Of a DNA stretch of 64,000 nucleotides, positions 35,061 to 44,759 are shown one piece after another. The stretch spans positions 1,044,416-1,108,415 of the forward strand of contig NW_003314294.1 in the NCBI RefSeq assembly GCF_000143415.4, given 5' to 3'. Below the pieces are notes generated by a model. That model made no database searches. It saw only the letters and a list, made by a program, of their open reading frames with translations, and was not told where the DNA came from. The stretch's first letter is position 1; every line of letters starts with the position of its first letter. This DNA comes from Selaginella moellendorffii. Taxonomy: Eukaryota; Plantae; Lycopodiophyta. The position numbers and the translations under genes are program-made.

Positions 35061-35499
35061 AATTGTTGCATGCTCAAATGATGACCGATGACGGGGTTGA
35101 AGCTCAGAATCTGCTATACTTTGAGCCTACTTCACAAGCTGTGGCTTTTAAGCCAATGAACATAGCATCACTAGAACCAGGAAACACACAAGGCTTAAGG
35201 ATCTACGATCAAACATGAAGCACTCGCCTTGCCGGTTGTGTCTCTTCCAAGTATCTGAGAATTTCAGAAACCTTAGTCCACATTAAAACTCAAGCTAAAC
35301 GTTGGATTCTCTGGGCATGGTGTAGAAAGCATTTCCTGAAAGGTTTCACGACTCGGCATTGCATCAAAAACATTCTTAGCTTGTTCCAAATGACCTTGGG
35401 CATCTGGTGCACGCATCGCATCTATATTTCCAGGTGCCTATGTGGCACTTGCATATCCACGGCATCCAGCATGCGGCTTGGCTCATCTGGCCTCTCTGC

Positions 35500-36140
35500 C
35501 AAAACTCTCATGACGTGAGAAAGATGACCGAAGAGAGCATATGCTGCAAGAGATCGAGTTAAGAAGCTGGGTTCTTGATCAAACCCAGGGTTTCAGCGAC
35601 GAGAGACGATTCATGCTGCGACACACGGCTCTGGAATCGGTGGATTGGAGACTTCACGGGAATGCTGATCTTGCAGCTTTCCCTGGGTCCCAAATGGTTG
35701 GAGCCTGTTTCGTGGGATCAGTGACTGAGCTGTGGATGTGGTTTAGTGATCGTGTTCCATACGAAATTCTCGGTTCGAGCGTTTCCAAAGAAGCTGGAAG
35801 TCGACAACTTCCAATGCCGTCATCTTTAGGAATACCCTGGAAGATCCAAGCAGTGCGACTGGCTGGCGAGAGGCGATCTTTGACGAGTTTCTCAGCCTCA
35901 CGATTGATCGAAAAGAGAGCAAAACAGCTGATGTGTCTGCCGGCGAGCAACTTACAGCAAGGTGGCGTTTCTCCGCGAGAAACGGTTGCGTTCTTGTGAC
36001 AAGAGTCAAGGCTCTTCTTGTCACAATTAAGAAATCCATCCATGGGCCTGCTACTTCAAGAGTGGAGCCCCGAGGATAAGAATGCCTGGTGTACAACTTA
36101 GCACACACGAAAACGACAACGAAGCTAGCGAGGTAAGTTC
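35500..36140 (+). pseudogene. Third degenerate PORR-domain gene copy
   Basis: Similar to 17900-18710, including the terminal 'ENDNEASE|GTAAG' exon end. Confidence 0.65.
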
Positions 36141-37738
36141 TCGTTATAGATCAGTACGCTTTGATTCCGGTTCTCGTTTTCTCTTTGGGGCCCGTTTACA
36201 GAGCTCGTGGACGACTTGTGGAAGAAGAAGGAGATGCCAAATGCAAAGAGGGCCATACTCTCTCGCTCGCCAGGGCCCAAAGATGGATTCTTTGAGACTT
36301 TCCATACATGGAGGTATGGTTGCTTTCTCTTTCTCTTTTTTTGTTTTCTTTTTCTCCTGTCTGTTCCACTGTTCACTGTGAGCAGCAGTGATTGACGCTT
36401 GCTACTCGTAGATGGCCAAACGCCGCGCTAGGCACGAAGCTCCAAATCGATCCTTTGGAGTGACGCGGCGAATCAATCAATCTTTTTTTCTCTCCAGTGG
36501 CATGAGCTTTCGCGATTGACTGGACGTGTAGATGAGCAGTGCCCGACCACTGTGAGCAATGCATTGTCTATGATACTGCACGAGCAGTGGCAGGCAGCGT
36601 GGTCTGCTCAGCTGTTTAGCTCCACGACGTTTACTACGAAAGAGATTCGCGGCTGCGAGTGACGCAAAGCTGGTACTATTACTTTCCTCTCGTCTTTGTT
36701 ACCGGCAACCACGTTTTTTGTGCTGGTTTCCTTCTGACGCACTTGGTTTTTTCAAATGTTTTCCCAGATGCTCGTCTCTCTCCTCGATAGTTGCGACGAG
36801 TCATTTGTTTTGTTCCCGGAAGGCGGTGCCTGCGACTAAAACAAATCGATCAGCGTCACGAACAGACCTCCAGGACCGAGGCGAGCGAAGCAACAAGTTG
36901 GCGGCCATCGCAATCAGGTCCTGGAGCACGGATGATTTGGCCCCTGACGCGGACGATTGACGAGCTGAGGTGGTGCAGTATATATTGTGTTTGTGGAAAG
37001 ATAAAGAGGTACGTGGTTTTGCTTTCCTCTCTGCTTCTTTCGCCATAGCCTGGGAAAGCAGACAAAGTGGTGTCTCTCGCTTGGCAGGGAAGAGGGTCCT
37101 TTGTTTGCTGCTGACGCTTCCATATGAGTCAAATATCAGCAGTAAATCGTCAGCACAGTGCGAACTCCACATGGCAAAGGTGCAGCCGCAGCAATCCTTG
37201 CAGCTTTATTCCAATGACTCCCATCGAGTCCTCAGAAGAAAAAAAACCAGTCAATTTCCTCGAGAGCAGGCTAAGCTCCAAGGTACCTTTTGTTTTATAG
37301 ATCGATCGCTCTCTTCTCCCATGGTTTATAGATCGATCGCTCTCTTTACAAGTGGTGGCTTTGATTCCAGATCCAGATCGAGGGCGATTGCCATCGGAAA
37401 ACAATGCCCTGGCGGAGATTTTTTCCATGGATAATCGATCAAATGATATAGAATTTACAGGCACCGATGGAGCGATCGGGCGATATCTACAGCGAGCGAT
37501 CGATGGAGCTGGAGAGCGTCTCATCGTCGCCAGTGAAAATAATGGCACCTAACAGGGGCTCATGGGTTCCTTTCGTGGCGGCCGTTCGTAGCATGTGATT
37601 CAAATGGGTGACGTTATTCCCGCGAATATGCGCTTTGACCCTTGGGTTGGAGGGAATCGAACCGGCGGTTGTGGTGTTAACCGGGGTTAGGGTCCCTTTC
37701 CAACGCTGCTACGGTGCTACAGTGCGCGGTTGCCCCTT

Positions 37739-37745
37739 TTTATAA
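37739..37745 (+). promoter_or_regulatory. Candidate TATA box of the SAMDC-ODC gene
   Basis: TTTATAA upstream of a purine-rich leader; plausible leader intron 37832 (GT) to 38118 (AG) ends 10 nt before the tiny uORF. Confidence 0.45.
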
Positions 37746-38127
37746 CGCGGGCACCAAAAGCATTCCAAGAAGAAGAGAGAGCGTTCTTGACGGAAGCGGC
37801 GTAGGCGACGGCGGCAGCGTCTTGGCGCAAGGTTTGATTCTTTGGTTTCTCTCATCGGCGCCGGCGCGCGATCTTAGATCGCCGCCTCGCAATCGGCGAA
37901 TTCGCCTCTTTTCTCTCTGTTGCATGCGCCGATTCATCGATTGATCGCTGGTTTCGTGGCTCCTGTGCTGCGCAGGCTTGGATTCGTGCGATATTTCGTC
38001 CTGGGGAAAGGCGAGGATCCGGTTTTCTTCACATTCGAGTAGGAAATTTTTTGGCGTGGTTTGGATTGGAATGGGACTCATCCCTTGCTCTTGTGTGGTG
38101 TGCTTCTTCTTCTTCCAGGCGGATTGA

Positions 38128-38136
38128 ATGTTTTAA
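38128..38136 (+). promoter_or_regulatory. SAMDC 'tiny' uORF (ATG TTT TAA) overlapping the small uORF start by 1 nt
   Basis: ATGTTTTAATG: the last A of the stop is the A of the small uORF ATG, the hallmark plant SAMDC arrangement. Confidence 0.9.
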
Positions 38137-38353
38137 TGGCGTCGACGCGTGATTCTAGTAAATCTAAACGCGACTCTGTCCAATACGAGTCTCCTCTCGG
38201 CTACAAGATTGAGGACATCAGGCCTGACGGTGATATTGAAAAGTTCCGCTGCGCTGCCTACTCAAACGTAAGCTCCTTTGTTTTCTTTGCGAGAAATGCG
38301 TCGCGAGCTAATTCGTCTCTTCTTCTTTGCAGTTCGTCCGAAAACCATCCTGA
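38136..38353 (+). CDS. SAMDC 'small' conserved-peptide uORF, 50 aa; exons 38136-38267 and 38333-38353
   Basis: MASTRDSSKSKRDSVQYESPLGYKIEDIRPDGDIEKFRCAAYSN|FVRKPS* matches the plant YEAPLGYxIEDxRPxGGIxKFxSAAYSN..KPS consensus; 65-nt GTAAG..TGCAG intron after YSN. Confidence 0.93.
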
Positions 38354-38575
38354 TACCCCCCAGAAAGAAGAGCCAGTAGAGTAGGCTAGGGCCTTCCCCT
38401 CGTCAAATCCTTTGCTTGGAGTCTCCTTTACCTCTTGGAGCTGGTCTGCGGCATGCTGCACGGTGGCAGATCAGCTCCCTGCTCTCGGGAGCAGCATTCT
38501 TCCCGCTAGCTAGCTAGCTCTTTAGCCGGTCTCTCCTCTCTTTTTTCTCCCCTCCGTCTCCTCTCACAAGCCAAG

Positions 38576-41047
38576 ATGGGTGTCTCTTTCATTCCCGCTG
38601 ATGAAGTCATGGAGCCTGTTGTTGCCAGTCCTGGGTTTGAGGGGTTTGAGAAGAGGCTTGAGGTGGAATTCTGGGATCCTCTTGGTTTTGCCAATCCGAG
38701 TGGTCTGCGAGCAATCCCCCGCAATGAGATTGACACCATGCTGTCAGCGGCCGAGTGCACTATTGTCTCTGCTTTGAGCAACAGTCAGTTTGATTCCTAC
38801 GTGCTGTCTGAGTCAAGCCTCTTCGTCTATCCTTCCAAAATCGTCATCAAAACCTGTGGAACCACGCAGCTCTTGAAGGCCATCCCCCTGCTTCTCAAGT
38901 CGGCCTCGTTTATCTCCCTGGAAGCCTGCCGCTGCAAGTATAGCCGAGGAACTTTTATCTTTCCCAGTGCCCAGCCTTCGCCTTATGGAAACTTTAACGA
39001 GGAGGTGGTGATCCTGGAGAAGTACTTTGGTCACCTTGGAAACGGAGGCAAGGCTTGCGTCATGAGTGACGCCTCTAAGATGCACAACTGGCACGTTTAT
39101 GTTGCTGCGTCGGAAGTGGCCCCCTTGAGCTCTGAGACATACACAATGGAGATGTGCATGACGCAGCTTGATCGCTCTTCGGCAGCTCTCTTCTACAAGT
39201 CGCCGTTCTACCGGTCAGCTGCTGACATGACTCTCCTGTCCGGCATCCGGAACCTCCTGCCTCACTCGGAGATATGCGACTTTGCCTTTGATCCCTGCGG
39301 CTACTCAATGAACAGCGTCGAAGGCAACGCCCACTCGACCATACACATAACTCCGGAGGATGGTTTCAGCTACGCAAGTTTCGAGACCATGGGTTACAGC
39401 CCGAGCATGCTCGACTTGGGAAGCTTGGTGGACAGAGTGCTCGGCTGTTTCAAACCGGCAGTTTTCAGCATCTCGCTCTCGACGGCTGGACTCTGCCACT
39501 CACAGGACGCTGGGTCCTGGGGGGTGCCGGTTTGTCCACGAGGCTACGTGTGCAGTGGGACTACTCGCCATGAAATGCCCGGGGGGAGCTTCGTGGTGTA
39601 CCACACTTATACGAGGATCTTAGGTGGCGACTCGACAGTGATGCCGCTTGCTCTGTTCCCGGCACTGGAGAAGGTGGCGAGCAATGGTTACAAGAGCAAG
39701 AACAGCGAAGCATCTTTGAAGCCGTTTCTGTACGGTGTGCAGCCCTTACGTGAAAGTGGTGGGGCGGAGGTCATCGGTCCTACTGCCAGGGACATGGATT
39801 CATTCATCAGGAAGAAGATCCAGTCCACGGGCCGAGAGGATGCGTTCTATGTTCTTGACTTGGCAACTGTTACTAGGCTGTGGAAGATTTGGAAGTCGGC
39901 CATGCCGAGAGTTCACCCCTTCTACGCGGTCAAGTGCAACCCCGACCCGCAGCTCCTGTCCATGCTGGCGGCACTGGGAGCCGGTTTCGACGTTGCGAGC
40001 AAGGCAGAGCTGGAAGCTGTGACACAACTCGGGGTGGCGCCACGAAACATTATATTTGCGAATCCCTGCAAGCTTCCTTCGCATATCACTGAAGCTGCTA
40101 AGGCGGGGGTGGTGTACACGACGTTTGATTCCGAGGGAGAGCTCTACAAGCTTAAGAAGTACCATCCACAGGCGGAGGTTCTCCTGAGGTTCCGTGCCGA
40201 CGACACCGGTGCTCGCTGCCCGCTGGGCGTCAAGTATGGTGCCGAGTGGGACGAGTGCTATCATCTGCTGGAGGTGGCCAAGACGCTGGGCATCAAAGTC
40301 GCAGGTGTGGCCTTCCACGTCGGGAGCGGTGCCTCGGACGTGAATGCCTTTGCGGAGGGCATCAAAGCCGCGAGGAAGCTGTTCGACATGGCCGAGAGCT
40401 TGGGTCTCCCGAGGATGACAATGCTGGACATCGGTGGCGGGTTCGTGTCGGATGGAGGAGCCGGGGTCAAGTTCGCGGCCGCGGCGTACGAGATTGGCAA
40501 CGCGCTGGAGGAGCACTTCCCGCGGGAGACGATGGCGGACGTGAGGATCATCGGCGAGCCGGGCAGGTTCTTCGCGGAGGAGGCCTTCAGCCTGGCGGTG
40601 CTCGTGTTTGGCTGCCGGGTCCGGAGGCGCGAGGAAGGCAACAAGACGGTGGTTGAGTACTGGATCAACGATGGCATCTACGGCTCCATGAATTGCTTGC
40701 TGTACGACCACGCAACGCTCTCGGTACGGGCGCTTCCAGTGGCGAGCAGTGGCGGTGGCAGCAGTGGTAGCAGCAGCGGCAGTGATTGCGAAAGCTCGTC
40801 CGAGGATGAGGAGGACGATGCGCCGCTGCTGGACGTGGAGCTCCATCCCTCCATCATCTTTGGGCCGACATGCGATGGACTGGACACGGTGCTGAGCGAT
40901 GTGTGGCTTCCGCGGCTCCAGTGTGGGGACTGGCTCGTGTTCCCTCGCATGGGGGCTTACACCAAGAGCGCTGGATCCAGCTTCAATGGCTTCGCGGTTC
41001 CAGACGCTACGTTCTACGTTCACTGTGGAGCAGCGCCAGAGATGTGA
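38576..41047 (+). CDS. SAMDC-ODC: Bifunctional S-adenosylmethionine decarboxylase - ornithine decarboxylase fusion, 823 aa, no introns
   Basis: SAMDC (~aa 1-347): GFEGFEKRLE, YVLSE|SSLFV (E79/S80 autocleavage), IKTCGTT, FDPCGYSMN, TIHITPEDGFSYASFE. ODC (~aa 400-820): PFYAVKCNP (PLP Lys453), FDVAS, IFANPCK, FHVGSG, LDIGGGF, EPGRFF, NDGIYGSMNCLLYDHA, GPTCDGLD (Cys766), GAYT, FNGF. Confidence 0.95.
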   Translation: MGVSFIPADEVMEPVVASPGFEGFEKRLEVEFWDPLGFANPSGLRAIPRNEIDTMLSAAECTIVSALSNSQFDSYVLSESSLFVYPSKIVIKTCGTTQLLKAIPLLLKSASFISLEACRCKYSRGTFIFPSAQPSPYGNFNEEVVILEKYFGHLGNGGKACVMSDASKMHNWHVYVAASEVAPLSSETYTMEMCMTQLDRSSAALFYKSPFYRSAADMTLLSGIRNLLPHSEICDFAFDPCGYSMNSVEGNAHSTIHITPEDGFSYASFETMGYSPSMLDLGSLVDRVLGCFKPAVFSISLSTAGLCHSQDAGSWGVPVCPRGYVCSGTTRHEMPGGSFVVYHTYTRILGGDSTVMPLALFPALEKVASNGYKSKNSEASLKPFLYGVQPLRESGGAEVIGPTARDMDSFIRKKIQSTGREDAFYVLDLATVTRLWKIWKSAMPRVHPFYAVKCNPDPQLLSMLAALGAGFDVASKAELEAVTQLGVAPRNIIFANPCKLPSHITEAAKAGVVYTTFDSEGELYKLKKYHPQAEVLLRFRADDTGARCPLGVKYGAEWDECYHLLEVAKTLGIKVAGVAFHVGSGASDVNAFAEGIKAARKLFDMAESLGLPRMTMLDIGGGFVSDGGAGVKFAAAAYEIGNALEEHFPRETMADVRIIGEPGRFFAEEAFSLAVLVFGCRVRRREEGNKTVVEYWINDGIYGSMNCLLYDHATLSVRALPVASSGGGSSGSSSGSDCESSSEDEEDDAPLLDVELHPSIIFGPTCDGLDTVLSDVWLPRLQCGDWLVFPRMGAYTKSAGSSFNGFAVPDATFYVHCGAAPEM

Positions 41048-41295
41048 TCGTTCGTCCGAGTTTTTCTTGTGTGTTTCTTTTTTCCGGGGAGCGTTTGATC
41101 GGTTTTGAGGCGCTCCTCGCGTTTTCGTTTCTTTTCCTTGTTTGCTTCTTTCTTTGAAAAATAAAATTTGTAGTTTAGGATATCCGTTTGCTGCCACGTC
41201 AGAAGATTGACAGCCACGTCAGAAGTGAAGATGATGACCAGGAACGTCGTTGACTATGACAAGGACCAGATGAGTCAGCCCTAATATTTGAAAGG

Positions 41296-42975
41296 TCAAA
41301 CGACTCCAGCCGCGACTGAGACATACGACGGAGGATCTTGGGGCTTGAGCGCCAGTAGCTCTTTTGCTGCTTGTTCCGCAAGGTCTCGGTTGCTGTAACG
41401 TTTGCATGCCGCGAGCAGCGAAGCCCACTCCACGTCGTTTGGAAGGAATGGCATGGTTTGGATGAGATCCATGGCGTCGTCGAGCTTTCCGGCCCGTCCC
41501 AGCAGATCGACCATGCAGCAAAAGTGCTCCCTCAGCGGCTCCACCTCGTGGTCCGATTGCATCGCCACGATATGGTGGCGGGCGTCGTCCACGCTTCCCT
41601 TGTGGGTGCACGCCACGAGAATGGCCGCGAAGGAGACCGCGTTGGGTCTCACCCCGGTCTGCATCATCTCCCGGAAGAGATGGCCGGCCACGTCGCTGAA
41701 TTCGCCGCTGTGGGCGAGCGCTCCCACCATCGCGTTCCACGACACGAGATTCCTCTCGGGCATTTGCTCGAACGTGAGCTTGGCGTCGCTCGTGGCTCCG
41801 TTTCGAGCGTAGCCAGCGAGGAGGGTGTTCCAGGAGACTGTGCTCCACTCGGGCATCCGATCGAACGCGAGCTTGGAATCCAAGACCCGTCCCGCCAGAG
41901 CATAGGCTCCCAGCAGCGTCGTCCATGTCACGACACTCTTGGGCTCGGAAACTCTATCAAACAGTGCCTTTGCTTGCGAGAGTTTTCCACTCACGGCACA
42001 CGCCTGAATCATCGCGTTCCACGAGCAGATGTTCTTGTCGGGGATGGAGTCGAAGGTGGCTTTGGCTCGATCGTAGTCTCCTGCATTTGCATACACCGCC
42101 AGCAGCGTCGTCCACGACACAACGCTCTTTTCCGGGATGGATTCGAACAAGATTCTCACTTCGTCGTGGGCTTCCGCGTCCGTGCATGCCTGCAGCATCG
42201 AATTCCAAGACACCACGCTTCTGCAGGGCATTCTCTCAAACACTGCTTTCGAGAGATCCAAATCTCCGGTTGCGGCACTCGCTGCGAGCATTGCGTTCCA
42301 GCACACAGAATCCCTTGAAGGCATTTCAACCAGACAATTCCAAGCATCGCCCATCTTGCCGTTTTGTGCATAGCCAGTCAACATAGCCGTCCATGAAACA
42401 ACATTCTTCTCAGGCATACTGTCAAAAATGGCTTTTGCCGCTTGCAAATGCCCTTTTCCGGCAAATGCAGTAACAATGATCGTCGACGACACTGCACACC
42501 ACCTTGGCATTCTATAGTACACTAAATTTGCATGAAAGAGTTCATCATTCTGTGTGAAACCTCGTATTAGTGCGTTCCACGACACGTTGTCTCGCTTTTT
42601 TAGGCCCCTAAAGAGCTGCTCTGCCTTGTAAATTTGCCCACCTTGGGCATATGCTGTTATCATCGCGTTTGAGGCCACCACGCTGCGATCCGGCATTGTG
42701 TCGTAAACCTCCTTGGCCTTGTCCATGTCGCCGTTGCTTGTGTAGGCACCGAGCATGATACTCCACGAGAAATCGTTCTTCGGATCGATGGCATCGAACA
42801 CCTGCCTTGCCTCGCTTGGGCTCCCACACTTGCCATACATTTGCACCAGGAGATTTGCCAGGAAGCGATTGAGGCATTGGCGGCTCTGGATTCGATCGTG
42901 AACACGCCGCAGCTCGTCCAGGTTCTTGATGTTCTTGAGAATCCCTGCAAAGAATGCCTGCCCTGAGGTTCCCAT
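41296..42975 (-). CDS. PLS-class pentatricopeptide repeat protein, 559 aa, ending in a partial E domain
   Basis: About 14 tandem PPR motifs (VVSWTAMLTGYAQNG etc.), HFCCMVDLLGRAGKL, MPFLPNDVEWASLLAAC. Confidence 0.93.
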   Translation of the reverse strand: MGTSGQAFFAGILKNIKNLDELRRVHDRIQSRQCLNRFLANLLVQMYGKCGSPSEARQVFDAIDPKNDFSWSIMLGAYTSNGDMDKAKEVYDTMPDRSVVASNAMITAYAQGGQIYKAEQLFRGLKKRDNVSWNALIRGFTQNDELFHANLVYYRMPRWCAVSSTIIVTAFAGKGHLQAAKAIFDSMPEKNVVSWTAMLTGYAQNGKMGDAWNCLVEMPSRDSVCWNAMLAASAATGDLDLSKAVFERMPCRSVVSWNSMLQACTDAEAHDEVRILFESIPEKSVVSWTTLLAVYANAGDYDRAKATFDSIPDKNICSWNAMIQACAVSGKLSQAKALFDRVSEPKSVVTWTTLLGAYALAGRVLDSKLAFDRMPEWSTVSWNTLLAGYARNGATSDAKLTFEQMPERNLVSWNAMVGALAHSGEFSDVAGHLFREMMQTGVRPNAVSFAAILVACTHKGSVDDARHHIVAMQSDHEVEPLREHFCCMVDLLGRAGKLDDAMDLIQTMPFLPNDVEWASLLAACKRYSNRDLAEQAAKELLALKPQDPPSYVSVAAGVV

Positions 42976-43269
42976 CCATAGTCCAAACTAATACAATGCT
43001 CAGCAATAACCCAATAATTTTTATTGTTTTTTGCGAACCACTTTGCAAGAAATGGGCATGCATGATACTGGCTGTCTTGATTTATAAGTTAAACCACAAA
43101 ATATTTTGAAGATACTTTCGTCATGAAGGGTGGCCTTGTGTTCTTTTGCTTCTCTTGTGGACTAGTTTCCAGGTTCTTTGAGTAAGAGCTCTTGTCTTTG
43201 GATGGTTCCAGCGGCAATATTAGCGATTCACCAGTGCTGAATTCCACTCTTGCCTATGAATCTCCCAGA

Positions 43270-44300
43270 GAGAAGATGGATTCGTATGGGGACGAGGAAG
43301 ATGCTCACAAGAGGGATCATGGTGATGGTTCCAGGAGGAAGAGGATCAACATCATTAATATGAATATCAATATTTGCCTGGGTGAATCTGAAAAGAAGAA
43401 CAAGGACGACAGCGACCGTGTGGAATCATTCCCTTTCAAAGGAACGCATTTTATAAAATTTGTAAAGATTTGCGGCAATAAGAAAACAATGCAAAATGCT
43501 CTGTTGCTAATACTTGAATTTTTTAATGCAAAAGAAAAGCATCCGGACCAGAGTTTTGTGGAATTCGAATTGAGAAGAGTTCCTCAGACACCCTGATGGG
43601 CTGGAGATGGGACTCAACTGGTTCGAAAGGAAGTTTGGTGACCGATTCTTAGGTTTAGACAGCCGGAGGCTGACTTAAAAGGAGAGTGAGATAGTGAGAT
43701 CTTTTGCTGGTGTATTAAGTCGGTTGACGGTACAGCTTGGGCCCTCTTTGGTCATAGACTGGCAGCTCAAAGAATATTTCTTGCGTTGCAGCAGTGAATG
43801 TCCAACCAGTTGCCCAATTCCTAGAAGCAGTTACCTAGGCAGTGGTGAGTAAGATTTTTAGGGACATTCCAATGTTTCTGGTGTGAAGGGGATGACCACT
43901 GGGCACGTGATTGTCCATTGCTACCTAGGGGCACTGCAGTAAACCACTAAGGATGCTTCTGAGGAAGAAAGTGGGGAGAATCAGAGGATGCAAAATGTTG
44001 ACTCAGAAGAAGAGGATGCTCATCTGTATGTCGTGTATAACAGGAAGCAGCAGTGGAAATAGGATGATTGGGCTAAAGAAAAAAGCTAAGACGCCCAGAG
44101 TTGAAGGGAGTCGACCTACAACTAGAGAACCATATACAGTTCCAGCTACAGAATATCCTTACCACGGGATAGACATGGAAACGAGGTCAAATAGAGAAAA
44201 ATGGAGTCTTCGCTGTGCAACCCCACGCGACAATAGAAACATTGATCAGTGGCAAGAGGGTAGAGGCATTACTGGATTCAGATGCAAATCAATCAGTGCA
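43270..44300 (+). mobile_element. Degenerate retrotransposon gag-like remnant
   Basis: CX2CX4HX4C knuckle CFWCEGDDHWARDCP at ~43873-43917; surrounding frames are broken. Confidence 0.5.
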
Positions 44301-44759
44301 GAGGTGGTAAAGTGGAACACTTGGTTAAGCTAGATCCAGCAGTGGTGGTAGGAGTAGGTGGAGAGCAAATGCAGATGCTCATGTTCATCTGGGATATACT
44401 TATGCAGATAGGGCTGGTGGAGATCTTTGTTAGTGTTGTCATCAACCACCAGAATTGTTATTTCTTGTTGTTTGGCCTAGAGGTTCACATGCTCTTGAAC
44501 AGGTATGTAAGGCCACTTAGTTCCTATGGAGAAAAGCTGACAATATTTGGGGTTGTTTTGATGGAAAGAATGAACAAGAAAATTCTTTTGTGGGGAATGT
44601 TATACATGGACTTATATATGCATTCCTCCCCTGGATTCCTACTGCTAATCCTAGTTGTGTGCTCCTGCCATCCTGTTACCTTGATTCCAACTGCTCCAAC
44701 ACTCCCCCTCAATCTGACAATCTTTCTCAGATTGCAATTCACCAGCTCCCTAGAAACAA

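Noticed and set aside
36370-37550. Possible spliced - strand gene divergent from SAMDC-ODC
   Set aside because: Some splice-like signals, but no coherent reading frame or recognisable domain.
38061-38384. 107-aa ORF as listed in the track
   Set aside because: It starts at a non-ATG codon inside a probable intron and reads through the uORF intron; the real unit is the spliced 50-aa uORF.
39800-41197. 465-aa antisense ORF over the ODC half
   Set aside because: Shadow of GC-rich codon usage on the sense strand; no recognisable motifs.
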